64,000 bases of DNA from the NCBI GenBank assembly GCA_965215505.1, contig OZ244065.1:2080001-2144000 (forward strand), in the 5' to 3' direction. Shown in pieces: positions 55,708 through 64,000 of this stretch. The DNA is from Capsulimonadaceae bacterium. Lineage in GTDB: Bacteria; Armatimonadota; Armatimonadia; Armatimonadales; Capsulimonadaceae. Made by a program: the position numbers and the translations under genes. Position 1 is the first letter of the stretch. Each line of letters begins with the position of its first letter. Below the pieces are notes generated by a model. The model had not been told where the DNA came from. It was given only the letters and a program-made list of their open reading frames with translations, and searched no databases.

Positions 55708-56190
55708 TTACGAGAGATCGGTCAAAGGCTCTTCCGTGAAGAAGGGGTGCGTCCCCGCCTGCGGCACTGATATTCCGGCCTCTTGGAGCGCCGTTTCCGT
55801 CTTCCTCTGCATCTCCCAGGCACCTTCGGCAGTTTCATCGTCGTGGCCCAGCAGGTGCAGCAGGCCGTGGATGCCGAGCAGGGCGACCTCGTCCTCCAGT
55901 GTCCAGCCCGCCGACTGGGCCTGCCGGGCGGCCGTGGGCAGGGAGATCACGATGTCTCCGAGCAGGTCCGGGTCGTCCTGGGCGAACGAAAGCACGTCGG
56001 TCAGCCTGTTCTTGCCCCGGTACTGGAGGTTCAAGGATTGAATAAAGGCGTCGTCGCACAGGACGATGCTGACCTCCGGGTCGCCCGTTATGCCCTCACG
56101 CCGCAACAGAGCCGCCAGCGGGGCGGTCAACGTCGCCTGCGCGTCCAGCGACGGAAACGAGTCCGTCCGGCGATGAATCAGGAGTGGCAT
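55708..56190 (-). CDS. ybeY: rRNA maturation RNase YbeY
   Basis: LNLQYRG..TDVLSF, LGDIVIS, HGLLHLLGHD (last His of the usual motif appears as Asp: GHDDE). Confidence 0.9.
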   Translation of the reverse strand: MPLLIHRRTDSFPSLDAQATLTAPLAALLRREGITGDPEVSIVLCDDAFIQSLNLQYRGKNRLTDVLSFAQDDPDLLGDIVISLPTAARQAQSAGWTLEDEVALLGIHGLLHLLGHDDETAEGAWEMQRKTETALQEAGISVPQAGTHPFFTEEPLTDLS

Positions 56191-58444
56191 GGGTCGTGGG
56201 GGCGGAGGTCTCGCCGGCTTTCTTCGCGTTCGTGTCGCGCAGCATCTCGGGGTAATCAATGCGGCTGTGCAGCATCCCGGACAGCAGGCGCGTGAAGGCG
56301 CCCTGGATGCCGCGCAGGTCCTTTTGGGTGATGTCGCACTCGTCGAGCTGGCCGTCGGCGAGCTGCCCGTCTATGATCTTGGTGACCAGGTCCTCGATGC
56401 GGCCCAGGGTTGGCTTGTCCAGCGTCCGCGAGGCGGCCTCCACGCTGTCGGCCAGCATCAGGATGGCCGTCTCGCGGGACTGCGGCTTGGGTCCCCCGTA
56501 GCGGAACTGGTGTTCCAGGGCGGGGGCGGCCTCGCTGTCCTCGCCCGCGCACTGCTGGTGGTAGAAATAGCGGATGAGACTGGTCCCATGGTGTTCCACG
56601 ATGAAGGCCTTGACGACCGGCGGCAACTTCTCGCGCTCGGCGATCTCCAGGCCGTCCTTGACGTGGGCGGTGACGACGAGGGCGGAGAGGGATGGATTCA
56701 GACGCTCGTGGGCGTTGTCCCCGCCGGCCTGGTTCTCGACGAAGAACTGCGCCCGCTGCATCTTGCCCAGGTCGTGATAGAGCGCGCCGACGCGGCAGAG
56801 GAGGGCGTCCGCGCCGATGGCCTCGGCGGCGGACACGGCCAGGTTGCCGACGAGGATGGAGTGGGTGTAGGTGCCCGGTGCCAGCTCGCAGAAGCGTTTG
56901 AGCAGGGGCCGGTTGGGGTCGGAGAGTTCCAGCAGGCCTAGGTGCGTCGTGATTCCGAAGAGGCGCTCGAACAGGGCCGCGCTCACCCCGAACAGGGCGA
57001 CGGCCAGCGCGCCGGAGAAGAAGGCCCAGACGACCGACTGCTCGATGTCCGCCCGCGAGTCCCCCTGAAGCTGCCCGACGAGCAGGCTCAGGACGACATC
57101 GGCGGCACAGAGCAGGCCGCCCGCCTTCAGGACGTCATTGCGGCTGCGGATGTCCGAGACGGCGAAGATCGCTACCCAGGTCGAGAGCAGGGTCAGGATG
57201 GAGAAGCGCAGGTCGTCGCCCAAGATGACGCCCGACTGGGCGGCCAGTAGGGCGGTCACCAGCAGGGCCACGCGCGGCTTGATGAGGGCCGCGATCAGCA
57301 TGCCGGTCGCGGCCACCCAGACCATGCCGACGTAGCCGAACTGCGACGTGGACAGCCGGACGCCAAGCATCGCGCTCCCCAGCCGCAGGCCCAGGACGCC
57401 CAATGTCACGAGCAGACTGAGCAGGACCAATGTCTTGGTCGAGCCGAACACGGCGGGATAGTCGCGCGACAGCCAGAAACAGACGATGCCGACCATGAAG
57501 GCGACCAGGCCCGCGACGCCCGCCACGGTGCTGAGGTCCAGGCGCGGGTTTTGCAGCCCCAGGGCGCGCAGCCGGGCGATCATGCCCGGCGTCACCACCT
57601 GGTCGCGGCGCACGACGGTGTCCCCGGCGAAGACCTGGCCGTAGATCGGGGCGACCAGACGTTCCGCGTTCTGGGCCGCACTGACCGTGCGCCGCCGGTC
57701 CAGCAGGCGGTTCGGCTGGAGGACGGCCCCGGCGATGGCCTCGGCGGCGGGGAGATGGGTGCGCGGGAGCAGGGAGGACTTGAGCCGGTCGGACACCTGG
57801 GCGCGCGCGTCGTCGAGGTCGCCCGGATGGTCGTCCCGGATCTCCCGGTCCAGGGCGTCATGGACGGCCTGATGCGTCAGCCGCTCGGCCTGGTCGAGAT
57901 GGTAGGCCCCCGCGCCGGGCCGGAGGAGTGGGGCGAGCGAGCCGGCGGGGATGGTCAGCCCCACCTCGCGGCGCAGGGCCTGGGACGCCCGCGCCGGATC
58001 CAGCCGCAGCGCCTGATCGCGCCGGAGCCGCTGGTACACCTCGCTGACGGTTTCGTCGGCCTCGGAAGCGGCGTGGACCGTGGTATAGACCGGCTCCACC
58101 CGTGCGGCGGCTTCCGCCTTGAGCCGGTCCGTCGCGTCCTCATCCAGATAGCGGACGGTCCGCATGGCCCGGATATCCTGCGTACTCAGGTCGCCGACGT
58201 GCAGGGAAACCTTGTCGGGGAGCAGGTGCAAGGATAGGAGGGCGGAAAGGACCAGGACCGTCCCGGCGAAGAGGGCGAGGCGTGACCAGTCCCGCCCGGC
58301 CAGCCAGTCGCGGAGGGGGGTCAGACACCAGAACGGGGCGGCCTCGGCGCGTCGCCCCTCCCGAGTGCGCGCCTTGCGGCGGCGCGGGAAGCGTCCGAAC
58401 GGGTTGGGTTTGGGCGGGGTCAGTGTTGGAAAGTCTCTGGCCAT
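56096..58444 (-). CDS. 7TM-HD family phosphohydrolase (PgpH/YqfF-like)
   Basis: APGTYTHS, YHDLGK, FFVENQ, EHHGT, YGGPKPQ, LADSVEAASR motifs, 7TM region. Confidence 0.92.
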   Translation of the reverse strand: MARDFPTLTPPKPNPFGRFPRRRKARTREGRRAEAAPFWCLTPLRDWLAGRDWSRLALFAGTVLVLSALLSLHLLPDKVSLHVGDLSTQDIRAMRTVRYLDEDATDRLKAEAAARVEPVYTTVHAASEADETVSEVYQRLRRDQALRLDPARASQALRREVGLTIPAGSLAPLLRPGAGAYHLDQAERLTHQAVHDALDREIRDDHPGDLDDARAQVSDRLKSSLLPRTHLPAAEAIAGAVLQPNRLLDRRRTVSAAQNAERLVAPIYGQVFAGDTVVRRDQVVTPGMIARLRALGLQNPRLDLSTVAGVAGLVAFMVGIVCFWLSRDYPAVFGSTKTLVLLSLLVTLGVLGLRLGSAMLGVRLSTSQFGYVGMVWVAATGMLIAALIKPRVALLVTALLAAQSGVILGDDLRFSILTLLSTWVAIFAVSDIRSRNDVLKAGGLLCAADVVLSLLVGQLQGDSRADIEQSVVWAFFSGALAVALFGVSAALFERLFGITTHLGLLELSDPNRPLLKRFCELAPGTYTHSILVGNLAVSAAEAIGADALLCRVGALYHDLGKMQRAQFFVENQAGGDNAHERLNPSLSALVVTAHVKDGLEIAEREKLPPVVKAFIVEHHGTSLIRYFYHQQCAGEDSEAAPALEHQFRYGGPKPQSRETAILMLADSVEAASRTLDKPTLGRIEDLVTKIIDGQLADGQLDECDITQKDLRGIQGAFTRLLSGMLHSRIDYPEMLRDTNAKKAGETSAPTTHATPDSSPDGLVSVAGRAGDVDRPAGGSVAA

Positions 58445-58561
58445 AGGGCACAGCGGGATAGAACTCGGCGGGAAAGGACCGGGAAAAGGACAAGCAAAGG
58501 AAAAGGCGCGCGCCCCAGTCCAGGACTCCGCCGGAGCGGAAGCGCGCGCCCGAGGCGGTGG

Positions 58562-58759
58562 TTACGCCTTTTCTTTTTCTTCGTTCCGAATGCGCTTCCG
58601 CTTCGCCGCGGCCTCCGCCTTGCGCTTCTTGTCGCTCGGCTTCTCGTAGTGTTCGTGTTCGCGCGCTTCCTTGAGAATGCCGGTCTGCTGAAGCTGCTTC
58701 TTGAAGCGCTTCAACGCACTGTCCAGCGATTCATTGGGTCGCACCTGTATCTGCGTCAA
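58562..58759 (-). CDS. rpsU: 30S ribosomal protein S21
   Basis: [25 protein letters not shown] start with GGGGGTGG upstream. Confidence 0.95.
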   Translation of the reverse strand: MTQIQVRPNESLDSALKRFKKQLQQTGILKEAREHEHYEKPSDKKRKAEAAAKRKRIRNEEKEKA

Positions 58760-58838
58760 ACTAATCCACCCCCCCGCATCAAAGAGCTTCGTCAAAAGTC
58801 GTCGCACACGCCGGGGAACCGGCGGATATGAACGTGTC

Positions 58839-58868
58839 AGTATACCACCGTACACGAAACCCTGTCAA
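58839..58868 (-). promoter_or_regulatory. rpsU promoter
   Basis: TTGACA-18-TATACT with TGn extension. Confidence 0.75.
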
Positions 58869-58892
58869 GTTTTCGGAGTCACGGCGCAGCCC

Positions 58893-58939
58893 TTGACAAC
58901 TGACGAGGTTTGTCGTATAATAGACGACAAGCCTCGTCA
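58893..58939 (+). promoter_or_regulatory. Consensus promoter of the blaI-like operon overlapped by a dyad operator
   Basis: TTGACA-17-TATAAT (58893-58921). 16-bp inverted arms at 58901-58916 and 58924-58939 (1 mismatch). Confidence 0.85.
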
Positions 58940-58968
58940 AGCGGCCGTCCGAGTGGAGAAAACACCCC

Positions 58969-59379
58969 ATGCCCCTGCCGAACATTGCGCCCGCCGAACT
59001 GGAAATCCTGCGCTACATCCTGGACCATCACCCGCTGACGGTCCGGGAGGTGGCCGACCACGTCGCCGACACCAAGGGCCACACCCGGACCACCGTCCTC
59101 AACGTCATGGAGCGACTGCGCCGCAAGGGCTATCTGACGCGCGCGCAGGAGGGCGGGCTGTACCGGTACTCGCCGAGCGCCCCCAAGCTCCAGATGCAGC
59201 GGGACCTCGTCCGCAGCTTCGTCGCGCAGGCGTTGGGCGGCTCTTTGGAGCCGTTCATGGCCTACTTGACCCAGGAGGCGGACGTCAGCGACGCCGAACT
59301 CGCGGACCTGAAGCAGTTCGTAGACGGCCTGGACCGGCGGCCCAAGCCGGGCAACTCGGAGACGGGAGGAGACGCATGA
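58969..59379 (+). CDS. BlaI/MecI/CopY family repressor
   Basis: AELEILRYI...LTVREV...TTVLNVMERL..KGYL, GGSLEPFMAYL. Confidence 0.93.
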   Translation: MPLPNIAPAELEILRYILDHHPLTVREVADHVADTKGHTRTTVLNVMERLRRKGYLTRAQEGGLYRYSPSAPKLQMQRDLVRSFVAQALGGSLEPFMAYLTQEADVSDAELADLKQFVDGLDRRPKPGNSETGGDA

Positions 59380-62300
59380 GCCACATCGTTTCACTCGTCA
59401 ATGCGTTCGCCGCCGTCTGGGCGGACGCCCTTTTTCGCGCCTGTTGGCAGGGCGGCCTGGGAATTATGCTGGTCTGGCTCCTCTGCCGCCTCTGGCCTGC
59501 CCTGCCCGCCGGCCCGCGCTGCTGGTTCTGGCGGCTGGCCTATGCCAAGCTGCTGCTCGGCCTGGTCTGGCTGCCGCCGCTCGCCCTGCCCCTCCTGCCC
59601 GCACCGAAGCCGCCCCCTGCGCCGCCGGTCGCTCAGGCAGACGCCCCGTTAGCGCAGGCTCCCCCGCCCACCGTGCCGCCTGTGCAGGCGCTCCCAGACG
59701 ACGCGCTGCCCCTGGCTGCCGTGCCGCCCCCGTTGCCCGCCACGCCTTCAGCTCCTCTCACCGCTCCTCCGCCCGCGCCTGCCGCCGCGCCCCTGTCCCC
59801 ACCTGCCGCCACACCTGCACTGCCGCCGCGCCCCACCCTACCGACCGTCCAGACCTGGCTCTTGGCTGCCTGGCTTATGGGCGTGTTCGCCAGCCTGAGC
59901 CGGGTCGCAGCCGCCTGGCGTCGGGCCTGCGCCCTTTCCCGTGCCGGCAGACCGCTGGCCGATGAGGGCTTACAGACCGACGCCGCCGACCTCTCCCAAC
60001 GTCTCGGCCTGCGCCGCGTCCCGCCGCTGCATGTCGCGGGCGGCCTCGCCTCCCCGCTCCTGCTCGGGCTGGGGCGGCCTGCGATCCTGCTGCCCGCCTT
60101 CGCCGTTTCGGGCAGCCCACGCCCGGAACTGCGGCTGATGCTGGCCCACGAGCTGGCCCACCTCGCGCGCCGGGACCTCCTGTGGAACGTCCTGCCCCAG
60201 ACCGCCCAGCGCCTCTTTTTCTTTCACCCCTTGGTGTGGCTCGCCGGGCATGAATGGGCGCTGGCCCAGGAGATCGCCTGCGACGCCCTCGCCGTCCAGA
60301 CCACCGGGACGCCGCCGTCGGCCTACGCTCGGATGCTCCTGAGCATTGCCACCCGTCGCCGCCCGTCGGCGGCCCCCCTGTTCCCGACCCTCGCCGTGGC
60401 GGCCCCCCGCCACACGCTCCGCCGGAGGTTACACGCCATGCAGCACATCGGGACCGTTTCGCGCCCGCGCCTCATCCTCGCCGCCGCGCTCACCGCCCTC
60501 CTCGCAGTCGGCGGGCTAGTGCCCTGGCGCGTCGTCGCCCAATCGGGGGCGGCGGTGTCGGTTCCACCCACCACCTCGCAGGAAGACGCGGCACAGGGAG
60601 ATGCGCCGTGGCAGGATCAGGAACGGAGGCGGCAGGTTGACATCGCGGTGAAGAATGCCCAGCTAGATGCACAGCTTGCCGAAGTTGAAAACCATCTGCC
60701 CGCTAAACAGTCGAAGACGGCACTGGCCTACATCCGTTGGATAAACGCCGACTATGTCTCAAACCAGCTCGCTGTTCAGTTAACGGAGCAGCAGCGGGCA
60801 GACTATGTCGCCACTCATCCCAACTCTTTGACCGATGCCCAGATTGCGCTTGTCCAGAAGGTCATCATAAGTAAGCTCAACCACAAACGCATCAGCAAGG
60901 ATGTCCAGGCAAAGCTGGACGCCATCCCGACAAAGCAGCGTGACAGGGTGGAATGGCTACGCTACTGCGACCTTAACATCTCGTCAGCCCGAATGCGGGC
61001 CTTCGTTCAGAAACAAGCCAACGTGTTCCAACTCCGAACCGAGTACGGCAGCACCAAACAGCGACGGGCCGGAGTCCTACCCACGCAGGGACAGAGTCAA
61101 GGCGCCACGGCCACAGCGTCACTCATGCCACATGCCTCAGCAACATTCTCTACTGCCCTTGCGGTTGGTGTGCCCCCGCCCCCGCGCGTCGTAGACCAAG
61201 CGGGGCCGGCACTGCCGCTGCCCGCCGCCATATGGGAAGAGGAGGCGCATCAGATGAAGGAGCGCGCCGACTTCGCCGCCTGGGAGGCGCAGGCTGACGC
61301 GCAGTTCGCCGAAGCCTTGCGGCATGTACCGCCCGCGCGGCAGAAGGAGGTACAGGCGCGAATCGCCGGCATGGATGAGTACGTCGCCAAAAGTCAGAAG
61401 CACACGCTGATGATGGAGCAGCACCGGGCGGACTACATCGCCACGCACCCCTACAGGCTGTCCAACGCGCAGAGGAACGACATCACCCGCCTGCTCGACC
61501 TGAACATCCGGCGCAACGGCCTGAACCAGAATGTCGCCATGGGCCATATCCTCCGGGTGAAGTTGCTCGCAGATGTTGCCGCCGCCAAAGACGCTGCATC
61601 CAGGGAGAGCTACCGCGCACAGATCGAGCGCGACGACGCCCGACGCCGCGCGGCGGAACAAGAGATGCGGCTGTTGGAGCCGCGCATCGCCCGGCAGAAG
61701 GCGATAGTGGCGCTCATCCCCGAAGACCAGCGCACCCTGATGGACAAGCTGCGCCACTACGACATAGACGTCTGGTGCGGGCGGATAGAAGCACTCACCA
61801 TCAAGCGGGGCAGAATACAGGTCCTCCAACAAGTGCTTGCCGCCAAGCCTCCGAGGCAGCATCCGGGCACGAGTACCAAGGCATCGTTCGCCCCGCCCGA
61901 AGCTAAAACAGCTTCTTTCGACGCCGTCGCGGTCGGCGGGCCTCCGGCCCTGCGCCTGGCCCAAGCGGGGGCATCGCTGTCAACGCCACCCGCCGTCACG
62001 CAGAAAGAAGAAGCATCCCAGGAAAAGTCGGCCGCTGAATTCGCTTCCAGGGGTGTACAGTTGGATGCACAACTTGCCGCAATACTCAAGCCTCTTTCTC
62101 CTGAACAGCGGAAGAAGGCGGAGGCGAGCGTCGCCTTTCTGGATGCCGGGGACGCCAAAACCCGGCAGCACATTCGGATGTTGGAGCAGCACCGGGCAGA
62201 TTATCTGGCCTTACACCCGAATCGCTTGTCCGACGCTCAGGTCGCGCTTGTTCAGAAGTTCAACTGGGATAAGATGGACCCCTACCGCATTGACGAAGGC

Positions 62301-63062
62301 ATTCGGTGGGAGCAGAGCATCAAGCGCAAACTCCAAACGCACATTGACTCCTCACAGGATGCGCGTTCAAGGCAAGGCTGGCAACGGCAGATCGCAGCCA
62401 TCGAGCAGCGGAGGCAGGCGGCGCAGAGGCAAATCCGCGAACTAGGGCCGGCGATCGCTCGCGAGGAGGCCGAGGTCGCGGCCATCCCGGAGGATCAACG
62501 GGTGAGAGTGGCAAAACTGCGTTCCTACGACTCAGAAATCTCGGCCTACAAGAACATCGCCCTCATGGACAAGCAGATGAGGATAGCGATCCTCCGCCAA
62601 CAGATCGCCGGCACACTGCATGGGGGACGCCACGGCCAAGGCGCGAAAACTGGAACCTCGCTCACTCCACTCGACCAAGTGGGCATGAATGAGACACAGC
62701 CAAGCCATACAACAGGGCAATCTATTCTGGTTATAAGCCGCCAGAACACAGCCCCAGATACTGGGTTACTCCCCCTCCCGTTCCAAATGTTTGCGCCTCC
62801 GGCCAGACCCAACCCCCTTTTCAACGTAAACTGGCGGTTAGCCGATCTTGCCCGGCGGCTCTCTGATCTACGCCGGGGAAGTTCCCTGGAGTTAGCGCTT
62901 AAGCGGATCGCGATCCTGGGTGGCAGGCAGGATGGCGGGCTACAAACTATTCCGGCCACGCGCTACTACTTCAGCCCTGGGGTCATCATTGAGATACCCG
63001 CGAAAGATGGGGTAATTACCGGCCCTTTACGGATACACCCTGGGGGTTTTGATTACGACTGA
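59376..63062 (+). CDS. BlaR1-like M56 metallopeptidase signal transducer (1228 aa) with repeat-rich C-terminus
   Basis: ATGA overlap and GGAGGA. HELAHLAR.D, FFFHPLVW, QEIACD, LRRRL. Three C-terminal repeats. Confidence 0.9.
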   Translation: MSHIVSLVNAFAAVWADALFRACWQGGLGIMLVWLLCRLWPALPAGPRCWFWRLAYAKLLLGLVWLPPLALPLLPAPKPPPAPPVAQADAPLAQAPPPTVPPVQALPDDALPLAAVPPPLPATPSAPLTAPPPAPAAAPLSPPAATPALPPRPTLPTVQTWLLAAWLMGVFASLSRVAAAWRRACALSRAGRPLADEGLQTDAADLSQRLGLRRVPPLHVAGGLASPLLLGLGRPAILLPAFAVSGSPRPELRLMLAHELAHLARRDLLWNVLPQTAQRLFFFHPLVWLAGHEWALAQEIACDALAVQTTGTPPSAYARMLLSIATRRRPSAAPLFPTLAVAAPRHTLRRRLHAMQHIGTVSRPRLILAAALTALLAVGGLVPWRVVAQSGAAVSVPPTTSQEDAAQGDAPWQDQERRRQVDIAVKNAQLDAQLAEVENHLPAKQSKTALAYIRWINADYVSNQLAVQLTEQQRADYVATHPNSLTDAQIALVQKVIISKLNHKRISKDVQAKLDAIPTKQRDRVEWLRYCDLNISSARMRAFVQKQANVFQLRTEYGSTKQRRAGVLPTQGQSQGATATASLMPHASATFSTALAVGVPPPPRVVDQAGPALPLPAAIWEEEAHQMKERADFAAWEAQADAQFAEALRHVPPARQKEVQARIAGMDEYVAKSQKHTLMMEQHRADYIATHPYRLSNAQRNDITRLLDLNIRRNGLNQNVAMGHILRVKLLADVAAAKDAASRESYRAQIERDDARRRAAEQEMRLLEPRIARQKAIVALIPEDQRTLMDKLRHYDIDVWCGRIEALTIKRGRIQVLQQVLAAKPPRQHPGTSTKASFAPPEAKTASFDAVAVGGPPALRLAQAGASLSTPPAVTQKEEASQEKSAAEFASRGVQLDAQLAAILKPLSPEQRKKAEASVAFLDAGDAKTRQHIRMLEQHRADYLALHPNRLSDAQVALVQKFNWDKMDPYRIDEGIRWEQSIKRKLQTHIDSSQDARSRQGWQRQIAAIEQRRQAAQRQIRELGPAIAREEAEVAAIPEDQRVRVAKLRSYDSEISAYKNIALMDKQMRIAILRQQIAGTLHGGRHGQGAKTGTSLTPLDQVGMNETQPSHTTGQSILVISRQNTAPDTGLLPLPFQMFAPPARPNPLFNVNWRLADLARRLSDLRRGSSLELALKRIAILGGRQDGGLQTIPATRYYFSPGVIIEIPAKDGVITGPLRIHPGGFDYD

Positions 63063-63186
63063 AGACAACAGCCGGAAGACATGTCCGAGGCTGGCAATGA
63101 TCACTGCCAGGGTTCGACTTGTGGCGTTCTGAATACGGCGAGGGCGAGATGATTAGAAACCAGTCATTCCAGCCTGAGAGCGGTCC

Positions 63187-63215
63187 TTGACAGCCCCCGC
63201 CGCCCGTGATAAACT
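63187..63215 (+). promoter_or_regulatory. Promoter for the GH76 gene, likely leaderless
   Basis: TTGACA-17-TAAACT with TGn extension, ATG 6 nt after the -10. Confidence 0.7.
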
Positions 63216-63221
63216 GACGGC

Positions 63222-64000
63222 ATGAACAAGACAGGCATTCTTGCCGCCCTCCTGTCCCTGCTGGGGGCCGCCCTCGCGCCGCCCGCCTCCGCCGACTACC
63301 GGCAGAAGGCGGAGGCGCAGATGGACTACATCCAGACGCACTTCTATGACGCGGCGGCCAGCCGCTACCACGGGCGCTCCCCGGACAAGCCGGGCGGGCT
63401 GCCGTATGCCTTCATGTGGGACAACGGGGTGCAGTTCCGCGCATTGGTGGACGCCGCGCGCTATGACCCCGCCAAATACAAGCCGCTGCTGGCGGCCTTC
63501 GGTGCCAGTCTGAGGCAGTATTACTGGGACACAAAACCTAAAGGCTCCCCGCCAGGCTTCAACGCCTACTGCTCCGGGCCGGGCGGGGACGACAAATACT
63601 ACGACGACAACGCCTGGCTGGTGTTGGGGTACGTGGAAGCCCACGACCTGACGCACAGCCCCCAATATCTCCAGTGGGCGAATGAGACGCAGGCGTTCGT
63701 CCTGAGCGGCTACGATGACACCCTGGGCGGGGGCATCTTCTGGAAGCTGAAGCACGAGAGCAAGAACACCTGCGTCAACGCGCCCGATGCCGTGGCCGCC
63801 CTGGAACTCTCCACGCGCGGCGGGGGCCAAGCCCAGCGTGATTGGGGGGTGCGCCTGCACAAGTGGACGGATGCGACGCTTCAAGACACGGACGGCCTGT
63901 ATTGGGACAACATCCGCGTGAACGGCACGGTCGAGAAGGCCAAATGGACCTACAACACGGGCCTGATGATCGAGGCCGACGTGCTGCTGTCCAAGATGCA
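63222..64000 (+). CDS. Secreted glycoside hydrolase family 76 (partial; absent from the ORF track)
   Basis: Signal peptide MNKTGILAALLSLLGAALAPPASA-D. YYDDNAW, GGGIFW, SKNTCVN and WTYNTG motifs. Confidence 0.9.
   Translation, partial: MNKTGILAALLSLLGAALAPPASADYRQKAEAQMDYIQTHFYDAAASRYHGRSPDKPGGLPYAFMWDNGVQFRALVDAARYDPAKYKPLLAAFGASLRQYYWDTKPKGSPPGFNAYCSGPGGDDKYYDDNAWLVLGYVEAHDLTHSPQYLQWANETQAFVLSGYDDTLGGGIFWKLKHESKNTCVNAPDAVAALELSTRGGGQAQRDWGVRLHKWTDATLQDTDGLYWDNIRVNGTVEKAKWTYNTGLMIEADVLLSKM

Noticed and set aside
58701-59375. N-terminal extension making the M56 protein 1453 aa
   Set aside because: Overlaps rpsU, both promoters and blaI. The ATG at 59376 has an SD and ATGA coupling.

Overview
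High-GC bacterial chromosomal window. The gene content and the DUF1559-like prepilin style suggest Armatimonadota, but this is an inference and was not tested. The centrepiece is a ~28 kb minus-strand type IV pilus locus (9240-37358). It runs pilB, pilT (AIRNLIRE motif), pilC, pilD, then four prepilin-like genes of increasing size (317, 660, 733, 1105 aa) and two giant secreted beta-propeller proteins (1500 and ~2940 aa). This looks like a supersized minor-pilin/PilY1-like tip module of ~7,250 aa. Left of it are ubiD, an EEP hydrolase, a GT-C glycosyltransferase, exported thiol-redox proteins and ppx. Right of it are alaS-ruvX-mltG-yqeG-aroE, two exported ferritin-like proteins, a two-component system, msrA, nurA, an rpsU-HD-ybeY-dgkA-CorC run, a BlaI/BlaR1 pair with a visible operator and a triple-repeat sensor, and a GH76. 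Non-coding signals read from the sequence: a ~170-nt rod-shaped RNA with its own promoter and terminator upstream of alaS (6S RNA candidate); two genes that appear to start at ATA in an ATAG stop/start overlap; two apparently leaderless genes; several GTAG-type REP/REPIN families, some inside coding sequence; and a 29-aa unannotated membrane peptide. No rRNA, tRNA, CRISPR array or transposase was seen.
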